Source of the DNA: Sarea resinae
Lineage: Eukaryota
Assembly: GCA_026026165.1 (NCBI GenBank)
Contig: JAPEUD010000036.1
Location: 124,001-188,000 of the forward strand
Length of the DNA: 64,000 bases
Direction of reading: 5' to 3'
Shown: in pieces, positions 50,657 through 64,000 of the stretch
Layout: each line of letters begins with the position of its first letter
Position numbering within the stretch: the first letter of the stretch is position 1
Notes under the pieces: generated by a model
What the model was told of the DNA's origin: nothing
The model's database searches: none
What the model saw: only the letters and a program-made list of their open reading frames with translations
Position numbers and translations under genes: made by a program

Positions 50657-53600
50657 CTACCAATAACTACACCAACCATACCAGTGCTGGCAGAGATTCT
50701 CCAGATCCGTCGCCTGCAATAGCAACTTCTCCACTTGATCCGGCACGTTCAGCTCCTCCGTCTTCTTAAAGTCCGTACCCGTCAGCTTTTCTTTGACGCG
50801 CGAGAGCACCTGCAGCGCGCGCGCGTTCTGCACTTCTTTATTGTCCTGGCCGCCTCCGCCATTGGTAAGATCGGACGTGGGTTCTGCCGGAGCGACGATA
50901 GAACGAGCGCGTGGCCGAAGAGACTCGGGTCTCGACTCTGTTCCGGCGATGATGGAGGCGCGGCGTTCTGAGGGGAAAGAGGGTTCAGGGGGGGATTCGC
51001 GATTGCCAAGACGCCAATTGAGAAGCGGATCGTGAATGAACTGTAAGGGGGATGTCTGTTAGCGGGTGTGTGCGGAAAAAAAGCGAAAGGAGATCTTACA
51101 GCTTCGAGAACAGCCATCAGAGATTCCTGGTTATCCCGAAGAACCCTCATAACTGCCTCGCAAGTGATCCTGAAACTTCCTTCGACATTAGAGACCTCCA
51201 TGGCGTACGTCAACATCCTTGTGAGTCGGAATGGCACACGCTCTGGGTACTTTTCACGGTACATGGCGACCTCAAAGCAGTCGCCGAAATCGATGTGGAT
51301 CACTTTTCCGGTAATGCGGTCAAGCATCAGATTCGAAGGATGGCGATCGCCCAGTCCTAAGATGTAACCAACCATCGACATGACAGCCAGAGAGCGTGTA
51401 AAGTTTGTGCGGCGGTCAAGCCACGATTCAGAACTTTTGCTCTTCAACCAGAGTACGCGATAGAGATCTTGGCCCGTAGTATTGTCCAAGGCGTAGCCGA
51501 ACACCTCCACTTTCTGCATCAGTGTGAGGTTGTCGTAGTCGGGCGCCATCTGCAACATGATACGCTGCTCGATGTTGATCAGAATCTTCCGGTTCTCCCT
51601 GTATTCTCGAATCAAGACATGCATGGTGTCGCTATTTGGTACCCAGCCAAGCAGACCCGAGTTCTGCGAGAGTGGAATGACGGGGTAACGTTGGATGTTG
51701 AGATGACGCTTGAAGCATTCCGAATCTGTAGCCAATAGAGTGTTGACTAAACCGAACAGTTGCATGCAACGTTCGTCTTGACGAAGATCCTCGTGACCTT
51801 TGAGGATATGAGTGTAGACCACACCATCGCTGCCCTTCAGACTCATTTTCCGTGGTCGTTGCTTGGAGTTGAGGACGGTGAAAGTAGGGTCAAAGCTGTT
51901 GATCTTGATGACCGGTTTTCCACTAACATAGGTACCGGGTACGGCGAGATCCAGGTTGCGTGCACTCAGGAGCTTCGGCGAGACGTACTGCAAGTCGAGT
52001 GTCCAAATTTGGTGTAACTGTTTGGCAATCTTACGGAAGACCTGATAATACAAATCCCAAGCTTGATTGATGTCTCCGACTTCTCCGGTGCGACGGTAAG
52101 TCTGACACCAATCCCGAGCCTCTGACAAGTCCCGCCCGAAGAGCTGACAGAACGAAATCTCCCGAAGAGTTTCTGGGCCCTTGTCGACGAGCGCATGTAA
52201 CGGAGCGAGAGTGGCGAGCATGCCCTCTATGTTGCGGTCCCCGAAATACAACCTCGAAGCCTCTTCCAGGCCTTCGTGCCAGAGCTCGTGCCAAAGCACG
52301 GCAACGCGGATGAGTTCGTGACTGACAAGTTCAGCTTGATTGACAAGGTTGTCACTGTGTGGCCGTAAAGTGTCCATAATCAAGGTTGCAGCGCGCGACC
52401 GTCGCGTGTGGGTCGTCTTCATTGCGACAGTCAAGGGAAAAACCAAAGCCTGAGGATGTGCTCTTCCAACTTCCGCCAGAAGATTATGGATTGACTGCCG
52501 AACCCGCACATTGGGTTGATTGATACGAGCTATAAGCTGCGGAATGACCTCCAACCAAGTATCAACGCTCACAGTAGAGCAACCCTCTACCACAGCAAGG
52601 TTAACCTCAGAGTGGCCACCATGTGCAAACCAGAGTGTCAGCAACCGAAGTGTATCCTGCAGTGAACTGCCGGAGGACAACGCGATAGATTTGAAAAAGC
52701 CTCTTACAGCCGGCACCACGTGATCGACAATGATGTTTTGCGGAACAACTGCCGTCTCTCGATCAGCCTGCGATGTGATGGATGTAACGACTTCGAAGTT
52801 GGCCAAAGCCCAAGCGTGCCAAGCTTTGTACCATTGCTGATTGTGCTGTTTTGCTGCCGAGTATGACGATAAGATGTCATGTACATGGTCGTGGTTCCAG
52901 TCTCCTTTCTGCATGGCAGTTTGCCATTCCCCTTGCTTAAGATAGCACCTTGCTAGAAGCTTCGAGTAGTTTTCGTAATCTTTGAGATTTGACGTGACGT
53001 TAACATTGACGCCATTCATGGGTTGAAGTCCGTTGACGCCATTCGTGCCGTTTGTGGATGGAATACTGGGCCGACTGGCGGCCAGATCTTCCGACATGCG
53101 AGCAGTAAATTCTTTGAGATTGAGCAGAGCTTCCTGTTGATGCCCTGTAGACCACATATACTTCAGCTGGGCATACATGACTTGAGGCGGTGCGGGTCCT
53201 GAGGCTGAAAGCGATGTTGGATCTTCGTCGGCGTCAAGAAGTGAGTGCAGCGATTTCTCAGCAAGTCCGATCCGGTTAGACTTGCGGCAGAGATTCGAGA
53301 ACTTTATCCACATCTCCAAGTTCTCCTTCGGCGATATTACGAGCGCTCGGACTTTCAGCATTCTCTGCCAAACTTCCACATTGCGTTGGCAACCTTTGAG
53401 ACGTTTTGTCCAGGTGTTTCGCATAGTCTCCTGCTTTTCCGGATTATTGTTGTTCAGCTTGTACGTGATGACCTCTTCAAGCTCAGCAAGCATCTGGACT
53501 CGAACCACGACGTTGTATGCTCGATTGTAAGACTCGCCCAAGAGAGCGCTTAATTCCGTATCGAGTCCTTCGCGAGCTCGTTCAATATGCAGAGCGGCTT

Positions 53601-56600
53601 CGTCAAATTGATTTCGATGAAGGGCCAAAATGGCGCCGAAGAAGGATCTGTCAGGGGAGTGAGGCTTCATAACGTTCAGGTAATTATCCATGAGCTCCCA
53701 TTGCCCGAGACCCCAAGCTGCAGCTGCGGCCAGCGGTGCTATAGCTCGTTTGTGCTCAGTTGAAGATTGAATCCACTTGTCCTGGGCGAGTGTAGATAGC
53801 ACGTCCCATTCACCCAATGCATGCAAACAACGCATCTTGCCCATAGTAACCTCAAAGGATCCCGGTTCCTCGACTTCACGTCGCTGGTATGCTTGTAAAG
53901 CTTCTTCCCAGCGTTGCAACTTTTCGAACCAGGTTTCTTTGAGATCCACGTCGCGGTAATTTCGTGCTTTCCGAAGAATACCGATAGCAGCATCAGACTG
54001 TTGAAGTTGGTTGTTGATACTTATCAAAGCTTCAACGGCGCTTGAGTTTTGGTCTTGCAGAAACTCCAGCTCCTTGTAATGCAATGCTTTGGCAAAAGCA
54101 TGGCATTTCGCGGCATACATTCCTAGTGTCCGAATGTCAATAGGCAGGGCCTTTTCGTCGTGCTCCATGAACTCAGCCAGGTTCAAAAGAATCTGCAAGA
54201 TTTCAGGAGGTATGTGGGGCGAAGTCAATGCAGCCTCAATAGATCGGACAAGTTCCTCCTGATATTGGTCGTATAGTTCAGTCCAACAAGACACAAAAGC
54301 CGCATTGAAGAGGTCTTTGGCGAGCGGGTAATAGATGCCAGCAAGACCGGCACAAGCACGAAGAGCGTGAGATGGCGATTCTTTGAGCAATTCTACGCTG
54401 AAACGTCTCATCCATTCCTGCCAATCCTCTCTCGTCGACTTTTGTGAAGCCTCCCAAGCATTTTTGAGATGTTGCTGATTGACAGGCAGCTTCTTCTGCC
54501 CGATGTCCGCAAAAGGAGACTCTTCGGTAAGATCGTTGTAGCGTTCGTCTGGACTAAGGTCCTGCGGTAGAGGCTCCCCTTTCTGTAGTTTGCTCACGAG
54601 GAGCTCGTAGTTTGTATGGGTGACGCGATTTGCGACGAGGATTTTGTTGATCATTGGTATGTAATGGAGATAGTCCCTACCAAGCTGGAATATAAGAGCG
54701 CAAAGGGTATCAAGAGCAGCTTGCTTAAGTACTGGGTCGCCATTCGCCAGTATTCTTGCCAATGGATGAATGATCCTGGACGCAAAGTCGGAAATATTGA
54801 CCTGCTTGGACAGCTTCCCGATAGTTTCTATCGCTTGCTTGCGAATCTGAACAGGCTGCTGAGGCTTTTCAAACATACGTACAATCACCGGAATGATCAA
54901 ATGAAGGTACTCTTCGCAGCTTGCGCCGAAAACTAGGAAGGTATGAAGTACTCTCTCTGAGGGTAGTCTTCGTGGAGTGGTATCTTTGTCCAGGACTCCT
55001 AGCATTAGTGGAAGCAGATCCGCGAGATAGACCTTGAATTCGCCTTCCAAGGATCGCGAGATCGATTCAATTAGCGAAAGGATGGTGGCTTGTAATTGTG
55101 ACGAGACTCCCCAGAAGTCTTGAACGACCTCCAGGATCACACGAAGGTGTGGACGAATATGTTGTCGTACAATGATGACCAGGATACTGAGCTGATTGAA
55201 GTATGACTCCAGTCGACCAGGTGGCGAGGTACGGATGACAGATACGAAACCAGGAATGATCTGACCTAAGAAAGGAACGCATTTGAGCCCCAAAGTCTTG
55301 AATATGTTCATGATCGCGTCTATGACAGCTGAGTGGTATTGAGAGAGTGAAGAGTCTCTCAAGACAGCCATAAGCGTATTGATCACGACAGTCGGGTAAT
55401 ATTCTTCATTTGAAGGAGTTAGACCGTTCATGATCAATGAAACATCCGTAACGGCCTGGGCCTCCACCGCGAGGTGATTTTCCGGGGATTGCTCAATTAC
55501 TTGCTGATGCTTGTATGGATCCAAAGCTCCAAGGATGCCCATCAATTTAATCGTCTCTTTGCGCAAAGATCCAGGCTGCTCGGTTTTGACAATGTTCATG
55601 AGAATGGACAAGAGTTGAGGATGATCCGTGTAGGGATCAATGACGTAGCCCGCATTACTGGCAAGCTGCCCAAGAGTTCGCAGTGCCGCTTCACGCTTCA
55701 TCTGTGAGCTCAAATCCTGGAGAGCCTCAATGATAGTAGGCATGAGCTCCGGAATATAAGGAAGCATGTCCTCCCCTCCGACTGTCGATAGCTCCCCAAT
55801 TGCCTTCAACACAGTGGATGCTACACCAGCGTTTGGATCCTTTGCTTTTGGTAGGAGCACTGTTATCATGGGATCAACATAGGGCTTTATTAGTTTGGTG
55901 GAGTTGGCAACAAAGAGGCTCAAAAGTCTTGCGCTCTCTTCCTTGTTTCGTGGTACGTTCGAGTACTCCAGTTCCGTCAAGATCTGAATCAAGACCTTTC
56001 GCAGCGACGGGAAGACATAAGCAGGGTTGACCTGCGTGAGACGGCCGATGATAGATATTGCTGCCTCACGAATGCCGAAAACCTCGTCATTCAGGGCAAG
56101 AAACAGGGTCCGTACATTTTCAGCCTTGGCAAGGTGACGATCAAATCGCGCATCGAGAGAGAGAAGCACCGTTCGTCGAATCTCGGGGTCGGGATCGGCC
56201 ACACCAACCGTCAGGAGCTTCTCTATGACTTCGCTGACCACTTGGATGGCATGATGACTCGTCTGATGGACTATTGGGTCTCTCACGAAGAGTTGACAGC
56301 ATGTCAAGGCAGCAGCTTTGCGAATCTCCGGATTGTCATCATCAACATATCGGATTGCGACATCTCGTACAAATTCGTTCAGAACGTGACCGGAAAAGTC
56401 GAAGCTTCCAAGCGTGTGTAATGCAAGAGCTATTTCAGCTTCCCTCTGCTCCACGGCTTGTGGATCCTTGTGGTCTCGGACTCCGATTGGTGGAGCAGGA
56501 AGTCCATTCTCTGGACTGCCTAGAGGTTTGAATGGTCGGCCACATAAGACATGGCTGAGCATGTCTAGAAGTCTCTCCTGAATTGCCGGCTTTATCGGTG

Positions 56601-58001
56601 GAATGTAATGGGCCATATCGACGAGAGCTTGTGTAAGGGATTCACTTAGACCACATGCAAAGATAGGGTCTAAGAGTGCTTCCATGTATTTGCTGAGTGT
56701 TTGGCCGATAGCTATTGAGAGCATGCTTATGCACTCAAAGACTGGAGCTTCATTGGTGCTGCGATTACGACTATAATCGATTAGTTGGTAGATGCGTAAA
56801 GATCTAGAAAAGGGGTCACTAACGCTTTGATACTCAAACCCTCCCTTACGTAGATTAGGATTCCATCCAGATAGGGAGCAACGGCACTACCAACAGCACC
56901 AGCAATCTTCCCAATGGCAATAAACGCAGGGTTTCGGTCCTTTTCTCTCTTCAGCTGCCCCTGGAGATGGATCATGACTTTGTGAAGGTAATTATTCACA
57001 AAATCCATGGGAGCGTAACCGGCCAGTATTGGCAGGATGTTGGTGACTTGCCGTCGAATGAGTTGTTCTCGATGATCTCTGTATCGAAGGATTATTTCAC
57101 AGGTTTCGCGGTAATGCTCATGCATGTACATCCCCCCCTTCAGAAACAATTCTCTAATGACAAGGAGCGAAGAATGAATTGCTTCCGTGGTGTTCAGCTT
57201 CAGCCCTTGAACCGCTTCGTCATATATTCGTGAGAACGAGACTTGTCTTCGCTGTGCATCTCGGTGGGCGATGATTTCGAAGCAAGCACTTATCGCTTCT
57301 GCGGCTGACTCCCGAATGAGGACTTTAGGATCTCGGAGAGCCACCCATATCACTTCAAAGATCTGCTCGACAAAAGCATACAACAATGTCGGTGAATTCT
57401 TGGCCAGTTCTCGTAAGGTGAGTACCGCCGCGAAACGACGATTTTCCTGGCGATCCGATTGAAGCCATTCGAGCGCCGATTTGACTTCACTCTCGACAAG
57501 TTCAGCCGTAAGAGAGCCTCCTGGAACAGCTAAGCGGCCTAAAGCATGAGCTGCGTATACCATAGCAGCTGTGTCGTTGCTTCTCATAACGCTCCTGAGG
57601 TAGCTTGCATAGCGGGTGGTCTTTTGCGCGGCATCGTCGCCCTCGAAATCGATGAGTTTATCCAGGGCCAGAATGCCGCCGATCCTCTCATTTGTGTCAT
57701 TGCTATGGACCACGATTTGCGCGATGCGCCCGTTTACAACTTGATGGTATTCCTGGAACTTCTCTGGGGGCAGTTCTGTCGCAAATCTGTAAGCTCTGAC
57801 CGCAAAGACGATATGCCATTCAATCTGCATACCTCTTGACGCAGTTACCAGGTTTTCCCGCAGGTCAGAGGAAGCTTTCTGTCTAACATCGTCATTCCTA
57901 GATATCCATCAGTAAGGTTTGCCGGGCTGAACAGTAGATCTTGCGGCGCACTTAGACTTCAGCTCTTGAAAGATGCGATTCAAGAAATCTTGCTGCGCCA
58001 T
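50657..58001 (-). CDS. TOR1: TOR serine/threonine kinase, about 2373 aa. Exons 58001-57952, 57897-57833, 57775-56824, 56770-51100, 51040-50657
   Basis: HEAT repeats, FAT domain, FRB ([28 protein letters not shown]), PIKK kinase ([37 protein letters not shown]) and FATC ([14 protein letters not shown]). Exon sum 7122 nt. Confidence 0.98.
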
Positions 58002-58803
58002 GATTAGAGTGTTGATGACGGCTGGTCTCGCAAGACTAGACGACGGTGGATACTGAGGAATCCATGTATTATCAGTGATTCCAAATCAGAGCTGTGAGAA
58101 GGAGTCGCGCTATGAACGCCAGACGGAGCTGGCTTGGAATGAGTATTCCTGTGAGCTCATAAGAGTAGCAACACTGAGGGTGAATCTGGAGTCCTGATCA
58201 GCGGCCATGATGATTACTGGCCTGGCTGCTTTGACATAGCCGAGAACGCTTTGCGGCAGATGCCGAACATCCACTCACCAGCTGTTTTCCAAGGTACTCG
58301 AAGTAAACACCAAAAGTTTTATCACCTCCATTACGCACATCTAATGAATGTCAAGGCTGCCCAGAACAGAAAATCACGTATTCGGACAAATCCAGCGGTT
58401 CAGCGCATTCGGCGATGGACTTGGATGGCGGGTGATGTTCCAGCCTGTAGCCGGCTAGACGTTCACGTTTCAGGGACTGAGCACTGATCGCGGCCTTCTA
58501 CTGTATCTTTTCTTCCCTTTCATATAAGGTAGCTAGACAGCATCGAAGATTAAAGGTCCCACAGGCTACGAACACGGGACTTTGGTAAGAAGTCGGACCG
58601 AGCCGGTTGAATACCTTAGTTGGTGGTGGACTACTAGTTGGGACTGACAATCCGGTATAGCGATAGAAGGATTGTGGGAATGCATGTCTTTCATTGCCTT
58701 AGTAATTGCCCTTTATCTATCTTCATGTGAGTCTAGTCTCTGACCAACGCGCGCATAGACCAGCCAAGAAAGCATAAAGTGTTGCTTTTCCAACAGCAAT
58801 ACT

Positions 58804-60125
58804 TTAAGCCCCAGCGGCCTGAAGGGACTTCACAAGGTCCGTGATGGTCTTATCCAGACTATTGAACTCAATGCCTAGCACCTCCTTGGTCTTACTGTTG
58901 TTGTAGCCGTAAAGCTCCTTCGGCTGAAGGCCCGGTTCCTCTCCCTTGGAACCGGGTTCGGGGAACTTGGATGCCAGATCCGGGAAATTTTTTCGGATGA
59001 CGTTGACGACATCAACATTGGAATAGTAACCTGCTGTCACAAAGAACCTCTGGTTGGCGGCACCAGGTAGCTCGACGGCTTTTACGTGGGCTAGGGCGAG
59101 GTCCTAGTCGTGTTGTCAATGCTGTCTGAAGTAGACGGACGAGAAGATAAGGCAATGGGGCTTGGCTTACTCTTACGTCAACCCAAAGGAAGACACCACT
59201 TGGTGGAAGTGCCTCTTTGGCTTTACCCTGAATAAAGTCGCGGACCCGTTGATTTGATGTGTTGAGAGCGCTCAAAGAGTTCAAGAAGTGGATGATAGGT
59301 CCAAAAACCAAGGGCGGGCACATGGTAGCGATCGTAAAATTTGGCTTCTCCTTTTCTAAGAATTCCCACGCCGCCTTTTCCGCAAACGTCTTACTGGCTG
59401 CTCCATGGTTAGTTCCATACCACCACTCTCAGAGAAAACTGACTAACGAACCTCGGTAGCCGTTATGTGGGTTCTGCAGCGCCTCCTCATATGTGATCGG
59501 ATCCCAGTCCTTCTCCGTATATTCATGGCCTGGCCAAAGGCCCTTGTTTCCATCGACGATCGAAGCAAAGGAAGAAGTGATCACCTATGAAGCGGATTAA
59601 ACAGGGAGTTGCTTCAGGGCAGAAGCCATGACTTACGATTCTCTTGACCGAAGGCGCATTTTTGTGGACGGCCTTTAAAATACCAGTAGTGCCGATAATA
59701 GCAGGATCTAGAAGATCTTTCTTGACGTCGGTGACGTTATAATGAAAGGGCGAAGCGGTGTGTATTACGCCTTCGAAGGGCGGGTCTGACTTGACGGCTT
59801 CGTCAAAAGCACCTTCGACGGCAATGTCTTCGACGATATAAAAGTCGAGCTTTTCCTTCGGGACGTTCGGATGGGCGTCTTTGATCTTCTTGGCCTTCTC
59901 CTGCGAACGTACTGTTGTCACAACGGAATGTCTGCCATTCGTAAGTCTGGCATTCTTCTGGCAAGTAAGCCAATGCTATCAGGTAACTAACCCACGCTCC
60001 AGTAGAGTCTCAAGGACCCATGCAGCAATGAATCCGCTACCGCCTAAGAATTGAAGTCAACTTTGGCGTCATGACGTCTGCGCGGGGGTATCTGGAAACA
60101 AACCAGTAAGTAGAATGCGAGTCAT
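58804..60125 (-). CDS. NAD(P)-dependent epimerase/dehydratase-family reductase (Gre2/aldehyde reductase-like). Exons 60125-60104, 60043-59992, 59931-59637, 59584-59452, 59397-59171, 59103-58804
   Basis: ILLTGGSGFIA, VIHTASPF, LLDPAIIGT, VITSSFASI, YRASKTFAEKAAW (YxxxK), PPLVFGP, WVDVRDLALAHV. Confidence 0.93.
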
Positions 60126-60953
60126 CTTGGAGACACAGAGGGAAGTATATTCGATTATGAAGCCTCAGTCTTGAACTATCTATCGAGATGTGTGAAATTT
60201 GTAATTGATTAAACGACAGAAATTGGAGGAGAGTGAGGTGATGATGGAACCTTCGGGAGTGATGAGATGATTGATTATATATCCAAGGATCCATCCCACC
60301 TTCGGCGATAAGCAATGGCCGGCAGAGTGAGGGGGAAAAGGTACATTGACTGTGTTGTTCGTACATGTACTCTGTGCTATGAGTATACAAGAGGGAGTAC
60401 GGATCGGCCCGCCACAACGAAGTACCGGTAGCCAGGGCCGGCATGGATCCAGAGTAAAGGTAATTGACGTGCTCCACAGTAGGCCAGTGACGCTCAACAG
60501 CAGCTTCGAGAAGGCCAAGCAGGCCAAGCGGCAGATGTATTACTCCAGAGTAGTGAGTGATAGGATGCGTCGTTCATGTACTCCGTAGTGCTCGAGATTC
60601 AGTACAATATCAAAGCTCCAGAGTACGAAAGTATTGCTGAAACAGCACTGTCAAATGTTGGGTCCGCCATGCGTCCAGTTGGCAATATGACCGTTCTCGA
60701 CCGCAACGCTGCCCTTGACTCTGGGGCATTTATTCATGTTGATAATTGCTTTATGATACATAGAAACTACCTAGTCCACGCCATGCTTGTATCGCTTCCT
60801 ATGCCCGTTGCCCTAGGAACATGTCAACCCCAGAAACAGACAAAGAGAAATTTATCGGGACGCTTTCCGTCATGAAGACACCAAAGAAGTGGGAAGGGTG
60901 GCACAGAAGGAAAAAGAAAGAGGCCGTCACGCTGTACTTTGACTGCACAAGTT

Positions 60954-61912
60954 CTAGCCGGATACTGTGCCTTCACCCAACAGCCTAGCCAGAATCACAT
61001 ACGTGAAAATAATACTTAGTCCTACGGCTACCTTATGCCGCCGAATCCAGCTTTGTCCGACATGACGAGCCGCTTGTCCACCACCGACGACGGTTCCAAA
61101 GCCAGCGTTGCTCCCAGCAGGACGACGACGAAGAGCCGCAGCCTCTGGGGAACAAGTATTGCTCGTCGTGGAGGGATCTGGAAGGATGCTACCCGTAGCT
61201 GGGTCGATCCGATTCTCTTTCATCCATATCCAATTCTCCTCATCCAATTCTGGCCATTCGGATCTGAACTTCGCCCCACCATCGCCAGCCTTGATAGCGC
61301 CAACGCCTCGAGTGTTTGAGCTGGGAACGCCTGTAATGGTTCTCGTGCTGGTACCACCACCCGTCGAGTTCCACCATCTCGTTCGCGCCGCAGCCCATTT
61401 GCGCTCCGGCTCGGTGGCACTGACGCTACCGGTCGTCATCTCTTCACTAGTCATGAATGACATGAGCCCAATCAAAATCGTTGACACTTCCCAGGCGGGA
61501 TTGAAGGATTTAGGATGAAAGTCGGAAATGCTAAGGCAAAGACGAGTCGATGGCTGAAAGCGCCCGCTTGGTGTATGCATGCGAATAGCAGGAGGCGCGA
61601 AGGGATAGTCCGGTGGGAACATCAGCGTGCCCCAGTATTGACCATTCTCGTAGGGAGTCTTGGGAGGACCAGTAAGAATATAATGCCATCTGCAGAATGA
61701 TCGCCAAGTCAGTCATACAGGCGTCTAGATAGGCCCAGATAAGAGCAAGACATACTCTAAGATGTTGTTTTCTGACGGATGCGCGACAATGTAGGGTGGC
61801 GGGTTCTCCGATATCGCTTTGTATTCGCGAGCAAGCTGAGGTTGGATCAGATCCCAATGCGCTGCATGGCTGGAAGACTGCTTACCCGTTTGTTCGCCGC
61901 GCGAGTGGCCAT
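60954..61912 (-). CDS. UBC6: ER tail-anchored ubiquitin-conjugating enzyme Ubc6. Exons 61912-61886, 61835-61756, 61689-60954
   Basis: MATRAANKRL.REY, NILEWHYILTGPP.TPYENGQYWG, TPSGRF....RLCLSISDFHPKSFNPAW; C-terminal TM helix. Confidence 0.96.
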
Positions 61913-62284
61913 GATGGCGGTGACGTCGGACTATTACGATGTAGACGGGAGCCGAGGCGAAACGATTGAAGGTAAGGAAAGGAGTCGCGATAGACGTGGG
62001 ATCGAGGATTCAAAATGTTGTTGAGGTCCTGACCTGAGGAAGGGAGGGACTCGGAAGGTGGAGCAATCAATGGTAAAGTGGACTTGAGAGAAGATGTCAA
62101 GTAGAGTAATGGTGATGATATTGGTGGGTCAGGCAGTTGTTCGACACAGCTGGAGTACCGGCCGCTGGCCACCTCGCTTAGTCATCATAATCCGAACGGC
62201 ACTGCGACCAGCATGGAATCCGATCTCCCGCGGTCCGAATATCGAAGCAGACTCGGGCGTTGCTGTGAATGCCTTGACGCATTA

Positions 62285-64000
62285 ATGGCTTCCTCCATAG
62301 GCACCGAAGACGATGTGAGCTCACAAGTCCCTTCTGACCTCCGGGAGCGGATTCATCTTGCAATTGACTTTTTGCTAACAGGCTGCAGGTCTTCGAGCAA
62401 CTCAAAAAGCCCGTGGATCCTAAGCTGCAGGAGGAGCGCGAGCGGGCCATGAATGAGCGGATGCAGTCACAATACGAGAAGGCGCAAAAGAGATTGGCCG
62501 AACTGGTATGCTTGCAATCCTGGTTACCCTGAGCTGTTGCAATTCTTGTCGGCGCCGGTTCACGGGCTAAAAGGTGTTACAGATTGATGTCAACTCGACG
62601 TTGCCAGTGACAATCTCGTCAATAAGTGTTTTGAATGCGAAGCATACACGAAAAGGCTTCCTCCGACGGGTATTCGATCCGCTGTTGAGCATCAATCAGG
62701 ATGGACCGTATACCTTGGCCGAGGCTTTGAAGGAAGTCTCTATCAGCGCGGATAAACTACACAGATTTGGTATGATATGGCCGATGGCCGATGCATGTTG
62801 TATATTGCCTGGGGACTGACTGGTGTAGACATCTTTCATGCTCCTATATCTCTTTATATCGACAAGCCAACACCTACGGACCCGTCTTCTACGCCCACCG
62901 ACATCGACGTTTTTCTTTCTGTCCGCGAAAAGTCGCGCTTGCTGCTCAAAACCGGTACAGATCTTGGCAATGCTGAGGGCTCGGCTTACGGCAACCTGCT
63001 CTGGCGTAACATATTTGGCGGTGCCGAGTCACTGAATCTTAATGCTTCTTTGGGAACTCGGACGAGATCAGCTTACTCGGCAAGCTTTGACACACCTGTA
63101 CTGAGCAACCCCGACCTGAGATGGGAGATTGGGGGTTTGGCAAGTGCCACGCAGAAGAGCTGGGCGAGCCACGAAGAAGTACTGAAGGGTGGAAGCACCA
63201 AACTCAAATGGATGACTGAGTCCGGCAGCAGACATGAGCTAGGATATTCGGGGGTCTGGAGGCAGATTACCGGTTTGGCTGGGAATGCGTCGCCGACGGT
63301 CAGAAACGATGCGGGAGATAGTGTCAAAAGCAGCATCACGCACACCTGGCTCAACGATCAACGAGACAATCCAATGCTTCCGTCAAGAGGATATTTGATG
63401 AAGACCGTATCGGAACTTGCAGGGTGGGGTCCGCTAAGAGGTGACGTCGCATTTTGGAAGTCGGAATTCGAGAGCCAAGCTGCTTTACCTATACCCATCC
63501 CAGGAATCAAAGGAGACAGTGGCGTGTCTTTCACTACCGGAATCCGAGCTGGACTCCTTTATCCTCTTACTCTAAGCGGCCAAGCACAGCCTCAGCCATC
63601 TCGTGTCAACGACCGTTTCCAGTTGGGTGGCCCTACCGATGTTCGCGGTTTCCGTCTTGCTGGTCTAGGTCCTCATGATGGAGCGGATGCAGTGGGTGGA
63701 GACGTCTTCGCAGCGGGCAGCGCGAATCTACTTTTCCCGCTGCCGCGCGTGGGTGCAGATAAGCCTCTTCGTCTACAAGCATTTGTCAACGGAGGCAGAA
63801 TACTTGCGCTGAAGAACGTGGCTAAGCAGGGCGGCATGGACGGCGAACAGGTCAAGGAGAGTGTTTCTGCTACGCTCGAAGAGTTGAAGAACGGCCTTCC
63901 AAGCATGGCGGCGGGAGTCGGGCTTGTCTATGCTCATCCAGTAGCAAGGTTTGAGCTGAACTTCTCGCTGCCGTTGGTACTGCGGAAGGGGGAGGAAGGC
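62285..64000 (+). CDS. SAM50: Mitochondrial outer-membrane beta-barrel assembly protein Sam50/Tob55, truncated at the window end. Exons 62285-62314, 62389-62505, 62583-62769, 62829->64000
   Basis: POTRA-like N-terminal part, KTGTDLGNAEGSAY, RNIFGGAE, DRFQLGGPTDVRGF, GP.DG.DAVGGD, ARFELNFSLPL. The ORF track misses it because it has no stop in the window. Confidence 0.96.

Noticed and set aside
50782..51099. C-terminus of the 1980-aa ORF, which seems to lack FATC
   Set aside because: This is read-through into intron 51099-51041; splicing restores [11 protein letters not shown] and FATC.

Overview
Intron-containing genomic DNA from a filamentous ascomycete (Pezizomycotina-type GT..CTRAY..YAG introns). 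The ORF track ignores splicing, so I rebuilt the gene models by hand from splice signals and frame continuity. The window holds 24 protein-coding loci, mostly housekeeping: lysophospholipase (5' truncated), mitoribosomal mL50, TMEM135-like protein, FAD monooxygenase, MFS transporter, DUF2458 protein, Cox14-like protein, DAHP synthase, 3-ketoacyl-CoA thiolase, metallo-beta-lactamase-fold hydrolase, SDR, alpha/beta-hydrolase-like protein, Hri1, cytochrome c heme lyase, Rtf2, an ABC1/UbiB kinase, TOR, a Gre2-like reductase, Ubc6, Sam50 (3' truncated) and several hypotheticals. I found no tRNA, rRNA, CRISPR array or intact transposon, and I cannot support a new multi-gene system. The most unusual element is a ~3.9 kb segment (about 23.1-27.0 kb) between the convergent COX14-like and ARO4 genes. 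It carries a 4-exon, 399-aa orphan coiled-coil gene with all-phase-1 introns and internally repeated exons, a five-copy 11-12 bp motif cluster in its leader, and an exact 13-bp direct repeat at either end. Other points: a gene broken by one extra G in a G8 run, a RIP-like TpA-rich island, substitutions at usually conserved TOR positions, and several candidate splicing-level regulatory features. Family names come from motif recognition from memory, not from database searches.
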